A DNA stretch of 64,000 bases from an uncultured Planctomycetota bacterium (GTDB lineage: Bacteria; Planctomycetota; Planctomycetia; Gemmatales; Gemmataceae). Below are positions 14,101 to 24,930 of the stretch, one piece after another. Below the pieces are notes generated by a model that saw only the letters and a program-made list of their open reading frames with translations, searched no databases and was not told the origin of the DNA. The stretch covers positions 192,001 to 256,000 of the forward strand of contig CAWKHF010000010.1 of NCBI GenBank assembly GCA_963849325.1, in the 5' to 3' direction. The stretch's first letter is position 1, and every line of letters starts with the position of its first letter. The position numbers were made by a program, and so were the translations under genes.

Positions 14101-14864
14101 ATCAGGCGCTGCGAGACATTCGGCCCTATCAGTTTCTGTTCAATCCCACCGGCACCCTCGACAACCACGGCCTGGGCCTGGTTTCCTCGCCATACTTCAA
14201 CACACCGCAGACGTTTGCCATCCGCCGATTGTTGTTCGATCGCATCGACACGTTGAGTACCATCGAGCAGCTACAACTCGACCTCCGCCAGCGCTGGCAG
14301 ACGAAGCGCGGCTTTCCTGGTTATCAGCACATCGTGGATTGGATGGTCCTGGACACGTCGGCCAGTTACTTTCCGGCCCCCAACCGCGACAACTTCGGCC
14401 ACAATTGGGCCTTCTTGCAGTACGATTTCTTGTGGAACATCGGCGATCGGACGGCGTTCAACAGCACGGGTTGGACCGATCCATTCCCCGGCGGCGTGAG
14501 AGTGTGGACGGTGGGCGGCTACTTCAATCGTCCGGATCGCACCAATTTTTACCTGGGTTTCCGCTACATCGATCCGCTGCAGGTGCGGGCCGTCACCGGA
14601 TCGGTGACTTACGTTTTTAGTCCCAAGTACGCGGCGACGGCCAGCAGCACTTACGACTTCGGTACCAGCGAAGCCCTCGCCAACTCCGTGATGTTCACGC
14701 GCATGGGATCGGACATCCAGGTCAGCCTCGGCTTCACCTACAACGCGCTGCAGAACAACTTCGGCGTCCTGTTCAACATCGTCCCGAACCTGCTGCCGAG
14801 CAACAAGGCCCTGGGCCCCATCGGGGCGCAGGGCGGCGGCTCCCAGACGGGAGTTCTCCAGTAA
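11154..14864 (+). CDS. lptD: LptD/OstA-like LPS-assembly outer-membrane protein, planctomycete type (indels in N-terminal part)
   Basis: Signal peptide, OstA-like beta-rich segments, Pro-rich linker, VPFFWLP, SDRNFLEQYY, beta-barrel-like C-terminal half. Confidence 0.7.
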   Translation: MVRYSFRWLAGPLTLMAVAGGVALHALFAQDAPGHASRQRRRPEPDTPLVGPTRTGPGVRHTASRRHRPGLGRRSRQERLPPPPRSARRLQTDHPRRRRNCLVDGKERFDGVLRVPDARPGPRAAIDRAGTLSARRRLGGREPLPGHGQTADGIVRRGRRAHRRRLGDRGRRDAARLSAGHPRHNDARRISAARPPRSPGQANAGRRSGRPSRPGGGAGTALSAGAEGGPASGRADVATHFPRGTSAHPAALCGSGAEAAGNAAAGTETSAGPSRSSTESAGRRRADVPAGGLAAEFDGSTRPHRTYLRLRTSGRPLSGHNAGHERPEAPDFVGAAPPTAPSGPAPVLPTAQPGAGPQPPQPESPANGAPRAPDGSVPPSGPSQVPPGTPPVPPPSKPTPPPPSKPILPARNFMVAPRQGGSFNLKREPGPNGEAIFIITGGVFLQVRNAPNIGMIDMEADRIVIWTKGSEGDQLAANIQQPSGHTSNDLEVYLSGHVLVRQAPIVNPKKEQRTISANEVYYDVNRNVAVALDARLELKQPLLNDPIIATAREIRQTSVNTFEIYRSLVFSSKLPSDPGFTSSMRDGVIEDVTVPMKNLFGNPVLDRKTGQPVMLRETLLTGNNTFFELEQVPFFWLPHVSTTLQEPLGPVQNFNFGYNHIFGVQLGVSLNAYELLGLQPQPGTRWLFNLDYLSYRGPGFGSNFNYSGLDAFGIPSRYAGMTRLFGMSDRNYDNLGGARPVNDFNPTNFRGWALNRNSVDDMPYGFSFLSQISVLSDRNFLEQYYKRIFDLDPNPSENFAFLNQQVSNVAWSALLQPRLPRWVTTTQDLPRLDGWIIGQNFLDILTYTSHLNAEYASLKTSTDPLPQVSVTDSPDNTFRGSWMQEAELPFYLGPLKLSPYGRSELTSYSNDLYGNSIGRAWGAVGTCASIPFTHLYSGVQSELWNVNGLNHKMVFSTNYVYAYTNTPYTELPQLDRLNDDATNQALRDIRPYQFLFNPTGTLDNHGLGLVSSPYFNTPQTFAIRRLLFDRIDTLSTIEQLQLDLRQRWQTKRGFPGYQHIVDWMVLDTSASYFPAPNRDNFGHNWAFLQYDFLWNIGDRTAFNSTGWTDPFPGGVRVWTVGGYFNRPDRTNFYLGFRYIDPLQVRAVTGSVTYVFSPKYAATASSTYDFGTSEALANSVMFTRMGSDIQVSLGFTYNALQNNFGVLFNIVPNLLPSNKALGPIGAQGGGSQTGVLQ

Positions 14865-14898
14865 TGCGGAATGCGGCATGCAAAGTGGGGTATTCCCG

Positions 14899-15342
14899 AT
14901 GATTGTGCAGTCACCACCACGGCTGGCCGGAACCGACGATGCGCCGGCCCGCTTGCGCTCGCGTCGCCCCTGGCGCGACAAGCTCCGCACCGCCTTCCGC
15001 GGCATCAAGCTGGGCGTGCGCGGCCATTCCAGCTTCTTCGTCCATTTCTTCTTCACCGCCCTGGTGCTGGCCGCCGCCATCGTGCTGCACTGCGACCTCG
15101 TGCAGTGGTGCCTGCTGCTGGGTTGTATCGGGGCCGTGCTGACCGCCGAGCTGTTCAACAGTGCCATCGAAACGCTGTTCCGCGGACTCGACGACGAGAG
15201 CAAGGCTCGCGCCTGGCCGTGCCTCGACATCGCTGCCGGGGCCGTGCTGCTGGCCAGCATCACCGCCACGGTCATCGGCAGCCTGATCTTCCTCTCGCGC
15301 CTGATCGACACGTGCGGCTCGCTCCTGCAGAGTAGACAGTAA
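14899..15342 (+). CDS. dgkA: Diacylglycerol/undecaprenol kinase family membrane protein
   Basis: AELFNSAIE and DIAAGAVL motifs, three TM helices. Confidence 0.85.
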   Translation: MIVQSPPRLAGTDDAPARLRSRRPWRDKLRTAFRGIKLGVRGHSSFFVHFFFTALVLAAAIVLHCDLVQWCLLLGCIGAVLTAELFNSAIETLFRGLDDESKARAWPCLDIAAGAVLLASITATVIGSLIFLSRLIDTCGSLLQSRQ

Positions 15343-15361
15343 CCCGCCGCCTCGTACAAAT

Positions 15362-15428
15362 CGTTTAGCCGCGACGCGCAGCGGAGCGCGGGACCGTCCC
15401 GCCGCTTCGCCGCGCGTCACGTCGAAAC
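15362..15428. repeat. REP-like palindrome family A, copy 3 (right arm degenerate)
   Basis: CGTTTAGCCGCGACGCGCAGCGGAGCGCGGG intact; right arm mutated. Confidence 0.8.
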
Positions 15429-15446
15429 TCCTCGTGAGGTGCAATC

Positions 15447-16846
15447 ATGGGCGCTGACGCATCCGTCCTCAACTGGTTGACCAGCCATCACAGCGAGCTG
15501 GTACGCGACCTGGCCCAGCTGGTCGCCGTGCCGAGCATCAGCACCGACGGCGAGCATCAGAAGGAAATCGAACAGACGGCCGAGCTGACCTGCGAGCAGA
15601 TGCGCCGGGCCGGCCTGCAAAACGTGTCCGTCCTGCGGACGAGCGGCTCCAACCCCTACGCCTACGGCGAATGGCTCGGCGCGCCCGGCAAGCCGACGGT
15701 CTTCCTCTACGCCCATCACGACGTGCAGCCGATCAACTACGTCGAGGAGTGGCGTTCGCCGGCCTGGACGCTGACGCCGCGCGACGGCCGGCTGTTCGGC
15801 CGCGGCGCCGCCGACGACAAGGGCGCCATCACCGCCCAGCTCGCCGCCGTCGCCGCCTGGCTGAAGACGCGCGGCGAACTGCCGGTCAACGTCAAGATGC
15901 TCGTCGAGGGCGAGGAGGAGGTCGGCTCGCAGAACCTGCTGGCGTTCTTCCGCGAACACCAGAAACGCCTGCAATCCGACGTCATCGTCGTCTGCGACAC
16001 CGAGAACCTCGACACGGGCTTGCCGAGCATCACCTATTCGCTGCGCGGCATCGTCGCCGTGGTGGTCGAGGTCGAAAGTGCGCGGCTGCCGGTCCACAGC
16101 GGCATGGCCGGCGGCGCGCTGGCCGACGCGGCCCTTGCCCTGAACGTCATTCTGTCGCGCCTGTACTGGGGCAACGGCCGGCTGCCGATTCCGCACTTTT
16201 ACGATAAGGTTCGTCCGCTGACGCCGCGCGAACGACAGGCGCTGGCGGCCCTGCCCGGCGACGAAGCCAAGTTCCGCGAAGACCTCGGCATCCTGCCGGG
16301 CGTGCAGTTCGCCCTCGAAGGCCAAACCGGCGTCTACGAGCAGACCTGGCGCAAGCCCGCGGTCACGGTCATCGCCCAGGAGGCCAGTTCGATCAAGGGC
16401 GCGTCGAACCAGGTGTTGCCACGCGTCCGGCCATCGTCAGTTGCCGCATCGTGCCCGACCAGGACCCGCAGGAAGTCTACGAGCAGCTGAAGGCGGTGCT
16501 GACCGCCGACCCGCCGTGGGGCGTGCGCGTCACGGTCAAGGAGCACGGCAAGCCGGTGAAATGGTGGATGACCGATCCGACCGGCCCGGCCTTCGAGGCG
16601 GCTGTCGATGCCATGCGCCAGGGCTTCGCGCGCGAACCGATCTCGATCGGCTGCGGCGGCACCATCGGCTTCGTCGGCCCGCTGGCCGAACTGTTCGGCG
16701 GCGCCCCGGCCCTGCTGCTGGGCATCGAAGACCCCCGCAGCAACGCCCATGCCCCGAACGAGAGCCTGCACGAGGGCGACTGGAAAAACCTGATGCGCTC
16801 GCTGGCGCACCTGTTCGCCAACCTCGGCCACAAGAAAGAAAACTAG
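15447..16846 (+). CDS. M20 family dipeptidase (indel near 16425)
   Basis: YAHHDVQP, GRGAADDKG, EGEEE, VHSG, HAPNESL motifs. Confidence 0.92.
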
Positions 16847-16856
16847 TGGAGGAGCC

Positions 16857-17594
16857 TTACTTCGCGGCCGGTTTCCGAACTCCCCAGACTTTTTCGAGCG
16901 TGTCGTACATCCGCGGATCGATCTTCTTCAACTCCGCCCGGACGAACGGATAAAAATCGTTTGTCCCGAAATAGGCCTCCGTCATCTCCGCGAAATACTC
17001 CTTGGCATTGTTCAGCGCGTAATGACGCGACTTGCTGCCGCGAACATTCAGCACCGACTCATACAGCTTGGCGCTCACGGCGGCGTCGTAACAAGCCTGG
17101 ACCTCGGCATGATCGAAGCCGAGCACCTGATGGTGATAGCCGTGGGCCAACTCGTGCAGGACCATCCACGGTTGCTGAAGTGTCCAGCTGTTGAAGTTGC
17201 GTGCGTTGGCGACCTCGACGGAGCCGGCCTTCTCGGGATTCATGTCGTGCTTGCGGAGCCAGCGCGCGTCCGGATGGTAACACATGCACGGATGATGCCC
17301 CTCCTCCAACTCGACCCAGATGGGAATTTTGCGCAGCTTGCCGAGCGACTCGGTGGGCACGACACGGGTGATCTGAAAGAGTTGATCGCTCAGCACTCGT
17401 AGCGTCTTCTCGCGCAGCGCCCGCTGCTCGTCGGCGAGGAGGCGCTTGTTGACGAGGATTTTCCACCCCTCCAGGCGCCTCGCCTCATACTGGTCGCTCG
17501 AATCATACGCTGGCTTTGGCTCCGCCGAAGCGGCGGTCAGCGCCGCGCAACACCACACCACCGCCCCAAGCAGGACCGTCGCGGCATACTTCAT
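16857..17594 (-). CDS. Secreted HExxH zinc metallopeptidase-like protein
   Basis: Signal peptide; VLHELAHGYH and EYFAE motifs. Confidence 0.75.
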   Translation of the reverse strand: MKYAATVLLGAVVWCCAALTAASAEPKPAYDSSDQYEARRLEGWKILVNKRLLADEQRALREKTLRVLSDQLFQITRVVPTESLGKLRKIPIWVELEEGHHPCMCYHPDARWLRKHDMNPEKAGSVEVANARNFNSWTLQQPWMVLHELAHGYHHQVLGFDHAEVQACYDAAVSAKLYESVLNVRGSKSRHYALNNAKEYFAEMTEAYFGTNDFYPFVRAELKKIDPRMYDTLEKVWGVRKPAAK

Positions 17595-17619
17595 AAGATG
17601 TTCTCTCCTTCGCGGCTAT

Positions 17620-19092
17620 TCAGGCCATGATTTCCGGGACCAGATGCCCATGTACGTCGGTCAAACGGCGGTCGATGCCGTTGTGACGGACGGTCAGCTT
17701 TTCGTGATCGATGCCCAGCAGGTGCAGGATGGTGGCGTGGATATCGTAGCCGTAGGTCGGCTTCTTCGGGTCGGCCGGCTTGTACGACCATTCGTCGCTG
17801 TCGCCGTGACGTGACGCCGCCCTTGATGCCGCCGCCGGCGAGCCAGTTGGTGAAGACGAACGGATTGTGATCGCGGCCCTTGCTGCCCTGGCTGCACGGC
17901 ATCCGGCCAAACTCCGTCGTCCACAGCACAATCGTGTCGTCGAGCATGCCGCGCTGCTTGAGATCTTTCAACAGCGCCGCCGCGCCGACGGCCAGGCCGC
18001 GGCCCAGCGGCCAGTGATCGCGCTCGATGTCCTCGTGCGAGTCCCAGTTGCGGCGCGGGAAGCCGTTGTCGGCCCCGCTCCACACCTGCACGAAACGCAC
18101 GCCGCGCTCCAGCAGACGCCGCGCCACCAGGCAATTGCGGCCGAAATACTGGATCTCCGCCTTCTCGCTGATGCCCGTTTGCAGCGGGATGTCGAGCGAA
18201 TCCAGCCCGTACATCCGCAGGACGTGCATCGGCTCCTTCGACAGATCGAGCACCTCGGGGCGCTCGAGCTGCATACGGGCGGCCATCTCGTAGGAGCGGA
18301 TGCGGGCGTCGAGCCGGGAATCGCCGGGACGCTCCGCCTCGTGACGGCGATTGAGCTTCGCCAGCGCCGCCTGCATGTCGGCGTCGCTCCGCCGGGTGAC
18401 GTAGCTGTCTTTCGGAGGAAACAGATCGGCGATGGGGTTTCTGGCACTGGGACGGACCATCGTGGCCTGGTGCTCGGCGGGCAGGAACGCCGAACCCCAG
18501 TTTTGCGGGCCGTTGGGCGGAAAGCCGCGCGGGTCGGGCAGCACGACGAAGGCCGGCAGATTGTCGCGTCATGCGGCCGAGTCCGTAGCTGATCCACGCT
18601 CCCATGCTCGGAAAGCCGGGCAGGACGAAGCCGGTCGCCTGCATGAACGTGGCCGGGCCATGAACGTTCGATTTCGCCACCATGTTGTGGACGAAGGCCA
18701 TGTCGTCCACGCAGGCGCCCAGCGGGGCGACGCAATCGTTGATCCACTTGCCGCACTGGCCGTACCGCCGCCACTTCCACGGCGCTCGCATCGTCTGGCC
18801 AGGGACTAGACTGGAACAGCTCGACCTTCTCGCCGGGATCCCACGGTTTGCCGTGGTCGCGGATCAGGCGCGGCTTGTAATCGAACGTGTCGCACTGGCT
18901 GGCGGCACCGGACATGAACAGTTGAATGACGCGCTTGGCTTTCGGGGCGAAGTGCGGAGTGGCGAGCAGTCCGTCGGCATCAAGCAGACTGGCCAGGGCG
19001 ATTCCGCCGAGTCCGCCGCCGAATTGCCACAGAAATTGCCGGCGATCAGTGTAGTGGATGCCGCCGTGAATGCTGGGATCGCGTGCCGTCAT
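17620..19092 (-). CDS. DUF1501 family protein (indels)
   Basis: Tat-like [52 protein letters not shown]. Confidence 0.9.
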
Positions 19093-19109
19093 GGGTTCGC
19101 TTCTCTTTG

Positions 19110-19157
19110 CCCCCTCACCCTCAACCCCTCTCCCCCGAGTACAGGGGAGAGGGGAGC
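19110..19157. repeat. REP-like hairpin CCCCTCACCCTCAACCCCTCTCCCC...GGGGAGAGGGG
   Basis: Intergenic, between the PSD1 and DUF1501 genes. Confidence 0.7.
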
Positions 19158-19162
19158 AAACG

Positions 19163-21508
19163 TCAATCGATGAAAGAAAACTCGTTGGTATTCAGGATCA
19201 ACCGGCAAGCGTTCGCCAGGCCGTGCTTGCGGGCGTACTCGATCAACACGCCGTCCTTCATCGTCGGTCGGCCCTCGTCCCAGCGCCAGCCGATACGCCG
19301 CGGTCAGTCGCGCCGGCAAATCGTCGCCCCTCTTTTCAACGCGGGCCGCGAAATGTTCGGCCATGCGCAGCATGAACTTGTCATTGAGCAGGGCCAATGC
19401 CTGCAACGCGGTCAGTGATTCGTTGCGTTTCTCGACGCGCAGCGACGGGTCGGGGCAGTCCAGCGTTTCCATGAACGGATCGGGTACCGAACGCACCAGG
19501 AAGCGGTACACCGAACGCCGATGGCCGGTCGGATCATCGGGATTGTACTCCTCGTACTTGTAGTGCGGCGAATGGTCGTCGAGGAAGCCGAAGGTGCGGA
19601 AGCCGGGTCCGTACATCGTCGGGTCGAGCCGGCCGCCGACGGCCAGCACGGCGTCGCGGATCGATTCGGCGTCCAGCCGCCGGCGGTTCATGCGCCACAG
19701 CAACCGATTGCCGCCATCCAGACGGGCATGGGCGGCGTTGTCCGTCGAGGCTTGCCGGTAGGTGGTGCTGGTGACGAGCAGGCGGTGCAACTGCTTGATC
19801 GACTGGCCGCCGTCGCGGAACTCGACGGCCAGCCAGTCGAGCAATTCGGAGTGCGAAGGTTGGCCGCCCATGCGGCCGAAATCGTTCGGCGTCTCCACGA
19901 GTCCCTGTCCGAAGTGATACAGCCAGATGCGATTGACCAGGCTTCGCCAGGTCAGCGGATTGTGCGTGTCGGTGATCCAGTGGGCCAGGGCGGCGCGGCG
20001 CTCGCCCTCCGGCCGTTCGGCGAGCGGGAAGCGCGACGGCAGACCCGGCAGACAGGCCACCGTGCCGGGACCAACCTCACGCACGGGATTTTTCTCGCTG
20101 CCGCGACGAAGGAGGTAGATCGGCCGCGGCTTACCCTGTGTCGGCGAGAAACTGCCGGCCGGCGCGAACGACGTGGCGGCGGCGTAGACGAGGCCCGGAG
20201 GCGGCAGGGCGGCGAGTTGACGAGCCGCGTCCTTCCTCTCGCGCTCGATGGTTTCGCTGTCCTGCCGTAGCACGGTGCGGCGGCTTGCTCGGCCAATTCG
20301 TTCAGACGTTTCTTGAGGGCGATGCGTTTGCCTGCCGCCTCCGCATCGACCTCGTAGGGGCGATCCGCTCGGTCCACGGCGGCGAACACGGCTTGCAGGC
20401 TGTAGTAATCTTCCTGCGTAATCGGGTCGAACTTGTGGTCGTGGCAGCGGGCGCACTGCGCCGTCAGGCTGGTGAAGGTGTTCAGGACCGTGGCAACCAT
20501 GTCGTCGCGGTCGAGGTTGCGGGTGATCTTCTTATCCAGCGTGCCCTCGCGCAGCTCGACGTGGCCGACGAAATCCCACGGGCCGGCCGCGAGAAAACCC
20601 AGGCCGACGATGCCGTCGCGCGTGTCGGGATACAGTACGTCGCCGGCGATTTGCTCCTCGATGAAGCGCGAATACGGCCGGTCCTCGTTGAAGGCGCGGA
20701 TGACGTAATCGCGGTACGGCCAGGCGTTGGGCCGAACCTTGTCCTTGTCGTAGCCGTGCGTGTCGCCGTAGTGGACGACATCGAGCCAGTGCCGCGCCCA
20801 GCGTTCGCCGTAGTGCGGCGAGGCGAGCAGGCGGTCCACCAGCCGTTCGTAGGCGTTGGGCGAGCGATCGCGCACGAAAGCGTCGATCTCCGCGGGCGCC
20901 GGCGGCAGGCCGAGCAGGTCGAAGTACAGCCGGCGGATGAGCGTGCGGCGATCCGCTTCGGGAGTCGGTCTCATGCCGCGCTCTTCGAGCCGATGCAAGA
21001 TAAAGGTGTCCAGCGGCATCCGTACCCAGCCCGGCATCTGGACCCTCGGCAGCGGTGGCCGGGCGAGCGGCCGCAGCGACCACCAGGTTTCGGCCTTATC
21101 CTTGCGCTCTCGCAGCGTCATGTCCCTGGGCCACGGCGCCCCTTGCCCGATCCACTTCCGCAGGACGGCAACTTGCTCGCGCGAGAGGGGAGCCGCTTTT
21201 TTCGGCATTTTCGGCTTTTCGCCGGAGACCATTTCGAGGAGGAGGCTGTCGTCCGGTTTGCCGACGACGAGGACGGGTCCGCTGTCGCCGCCGGCCGCGA
21301 GGTCCATCGCCGTCGCCAGCGACAGTCCGCCGCGCGACGTGTTCGGGCCGTGACAGCGCAAGCAGTGCTGTTCAAGGATCGGGGCGACCTCGGTGCGGAA
21401 GAACCCATTGTCCGCGGCGCTGGCCGGTTCGACCGGCGCACCGGCCAGCACCAACAGGCCGACAAGGAAGACTCCCCTCCTCCCATGACCAATCCGATGC
21501 GGATTCAT
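19163..21508 (-). CDS. Planctomycete cytochrome c + DUF1549 + DUF1553 (PSD1) protein (indels)
   Basis: [36 protein letters not shown], ...[10 protein letters not shown]-terminus. Confidence 0.92.
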
Positions 21509-21791
21509 GACGTTTCTCGGAATGTCCCCGCCTTCGTGGCTCGGAGGGATTGTCAACGCCGGGCTGTTCGAGTTATATCCTCCCTTCGCCTGCTTGGCCG
21601 CATGTTCCTTGAGTAGCTTGTCCACCACTTCCTCCCACTCGGGAATGGATCTCTCGCTCTCGGGGAGCGGACACCTATAAAAGAGAAGGGGGCCAGCACG
21701 GCGTGATGGGCTGGCCGGCCGCCGAGAGGTTGGTGGTTTGGCAGTCCGGTCGGGAGCGGCGGTCCACGATCGGTCGTCGGAAAGGACGTTG

Positions 21792-22484
21792 ATGAATCGG
21801 TTGTCGCGACTGGTCCGCTCGTCCGTCGGCGCCAAGTACGTCATGGCGCTGACCGGCCTGGGGCTAATGATCTTCGTGATCGCCCACATGAGCGGAAACC
21901 TTCTCATCTATGGTGGCAAAGACGCTCTCAACTCCTACGCCCACGGTCTGACCGAGCACCCGGTCCTGCTGTGGGCCGCTCGCGGCGGTCTGCTGACGAT
22001 CTTCCTTCTCCACTTGCTGCTGGCCGTCCGGCTGACGCAGGAGGACCAGTCGGCCCGGCCCGTCCATTATGTTCACGAGAACACCATGCAGGCCAGCTGG
22101 GCGTCGCGGCACATGCTGTTTACCGGCCTCGTCGTCCTCGGCTTCGTGATTTACCATCTGCTGCACTTCACCTTCGGCCTCGTTGATCCTTCCCACTTCA
22201 AGGAAGGGATACCCCATGACCCCAAGGAATACGCGGACGTGGCCGGCATGGTTGTCGCCGGCTTTCAGCAGCCGATCATTGCCGTATCGTACCTTATCGC
22301 CCAGCTGTTCCTCGGCCTGCACCTGTGGCACGGCGGCAGCAGTTGGTTGCAGCACCTGGGGCTGAACGGCCACGGCTACGATAGGTTGGTGAACAACCTC
22401 GGCGCCGTGGTGGCCGTCGTCGTCGTCGTCGGCAATTGCTCGATCCCGCTGGTTATCCTGATGGGCTGGAGTCCGGGTTCGTGA
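21792..22484 (+). CDS. sdhC: Succinate dehydrogenase/fumarate reductase cytochrome b subunit (b558 type)
   Basis: SSVGAKYVMALTG, AHMSGNL, IYHLLHFT, LHLWHG; five TM helices. Confidence 0.88.
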   Translation: MNRLSRLVRSSVGAKYVMALTGLGLMIFVIAHMSGNLLIYGGKDALNSYAHGLTEHPVLLWAARGGLLTIFLLHLLLAVRLTQEDQSARPVHYVHENTMQASWASRHMLFTGLVVLGFVIYHLLHFTFGLVDPSHFKEGIPHDPKEYADVAGMVVAGFQQPIIAVSYLIAQLFLGLHLWHGGSSWLQHLGLNGHGYDRLVNNLGAVVAVVVVVGNCSIPLVILMGWSPGS

Positions 22485-22670
22485 CTCCAAGTTTCGCCGC
22501 GACGAGAGCATCCGGGTCGTGGCCGCCGACTCGCCAACGGTTCCGTAGCTCCGGTTCGATGCGAATTCGTGCGGGAACGGCCGAATGTTCCTTGCTCATT
22601 GCCCGTCCCCGCGTTACCATCAACTCAGCCCACGAGTTCGAGGAGAAAAGCCCTCCGAGGAATGCGGTCC

Positions 22671-24904
22671 ATGTGCCGTGCCTGCCTCCTGCCCGTGCTG
22701 GCGGGATCGATCCTTTTTTCGTTAGCGATCCCCGCGCGAGCCGAGAAACCCACTCCGCCCGCGGATGCCGCCTCTTTCCAACCGCCCCGCCGCCCGGCCA
22801 TCCCTACGGTCAAGGACGCACGTGGAATCGTCAATCCGATTGACGCCTTTCTTCTCGCTCGCCTGGAAGCGGAAGGTCTGACCTTCGCCGCGCAGGCCGA
22901 CCGGCTGCGCCTGCTCCGCCGCGTCACCTTCGATCTGACCGGGTTGCCGCCCACGGTCGCCGAACAGGATGCGTTCGTGGCTGATCCTTCGCCGGATGCT
23001 TATCGCAAGGTGGTCGATCGCCTGCTGAACTCGTCGCACTATGGCGAACGCTGGGCGCAGCACTGGCTCGACCTCGTGCGCTACGCCGAATCGGACGGCT
23101 TCAAAGCGGACGACCTTCGCCCCACCGCCCACCGTTATCGCGACTACGTCATTCGGGCGCTCAATGCCGATCTGCCCTACGATCGCTTCATCCGCCAGCA
23201 GCTCGCCGGCGACGAGCTGGAGCCGGACAATCCGGAGGCGTTGATCGCCACCGGCTTTCTGCGGCTGTGGCCCGACGAGTACAACGCGGCCAACCTGGAG
23301 CAGCGACGGCAAGAAATCCTCGACGACGTGACCGACGTGACCGGTCAAGTCTTCCTCGGTCTGACCTTCGGCTGCGCCCGTTGTCACGATCATAAGTACG
23401 ATCCGATCCTGCAAAGCGATTACTTCCGTTTGCAGGCGTTCTTCGCGTCGATGCAGCCGCGCGACGATCTGCCGGCGGCGACGGCCGAGGCGCAGCGCAC
23501 GATTACCAGCGCCGGCTCGCCGCCTGGGAGAATGCCAGCCGCGACATTCGGGCCGAGATGGAGACGCTGGTTGCCGACAAGCGACAGGAACAACGCCGGT
23601 TCGCGCTGGAGAAATTTCGTCCCGAGATCCAGCAGGCGGTCTTGATGCCGGACGACAAACGCTCGCCGTATCAACGGCAAATCGCGGCCATCGCCGAAAA
23701 GCAGTTGCGCGCCGCCGAACAGGCGACCCCCGCTCGTCTGCCCGCCGACAAGAAGAAACGATATAAGGAACTGGAACGCAAACTGGCGGACATCCAACCG
23801 GCACGGCCCGAAGCGCTGGCTCCGGCGATGGCCGTCACCGACATCGGCCTGGACGCTCCTCCGACCTATCTGCTGGCCGGCGGCGACTGGCGCAAGCCGC
23901 GCGACCTGCTCCAGCCGGGTTTTCCGCATTTCCTCGATGAATCCGCACCGGACATCCGCTCGCTGCCCGAACGACACAGCACCGGCCGACGCGCCGCCCT
24001 CGCTCGCTGGCTGACGCACCCGGACAATCCCCTGACGGCGCGTGTGCTCGTCAATCGTCTGTGGCAGCATCACTTCGGCGTTGGCATTGTCGGCACGCCC
24101 AGCGATTTCGGCACGATGGGCGATGCCGCGACGCACCCGGAATTGCTCGATTGGCTCGCCGTCGAATTCGTCGAACACGGCTGGAGCCTCAAGCACGTGC
24201 ATCGTCTGATGGTGCTGTCCGCCGCCTACCGCCAGGATTCACGGGTCGATCCGAACAATCCCGTGCATCGCCGTGCCCTGAACATCGATCGCGAGAACCA
24301 CCTGCTCTGGCACGCGCGCCGGCGCCGCCTGGAAGGCGAGGCGTTGCGCGACGCCATGCTGGCCCTGTCCGGCGAATTGAATTCGCGCACGTTCGGCCCC
24401 AGCGCTCGACCGGCCCTCCCTGCCGGCATCAGCAAATACGCCTGGAAACCGGACCCGCGACCGGAAGACCAGAATCGCCGATCGATCTACGTTTTCGCTC
24501 GCCGCAACATGCGTTACCCGTTGTTCGACGCCTTCGACCTGCCCGACATGCACAACAGTTGCGCCCGGAGGTTAACGACTACCACGGCCCCACAAGCGTT
24601 GTTGCTGCTCAACGGCGATTTCAGCCTCGAACGCGGCCGCCGTCTCGCCGCCATACTGCGCGAGCGCTTCGGCGTGGAGGATACAGCCCTGGTGACACAC
24701 GCCTACCGCCTGGCCTGGGGTCGTCGGCCCAGCGCGGAGGAAATACGCCTGGGACTGCGGTTCATCAGCAGGCAGGCGGAGACCCTGCGGACGCGCGATC
24801 CGCTCGCCGGAGCCCAGTCCGACCACTCCACGGCCCGCGCCGACGCCCTCGTGGATTTCTGCCACGCCCTGCTGAACACCAACGAATTTCTGTTCATCGA
24901 TTGA
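22671..24904 (+). CDS. DUF1549/DUF1553 protein (indel near 23500)
   Basis: [49 protein letters not shown]. Confidence 0.92.
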
Positions 24905-24930
24905 CCCTCCCTGGACGAAATGCTGGCATC

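Noticed and set aside
21570-21680. Minus-strand fragment ...EWEEVVDKLLKEHAAKQAKGG as a gene or N-terminal extension of PSD1
   Set aside because: No start/RBS; PSD1 has its own signal peptide from 21508; at most a gene remnant.
22530-22570. GTAGCTC...GGTTCGAT as a tRNA
   Set aside because: Motifs are too close together and no cloverleaf can be formed.
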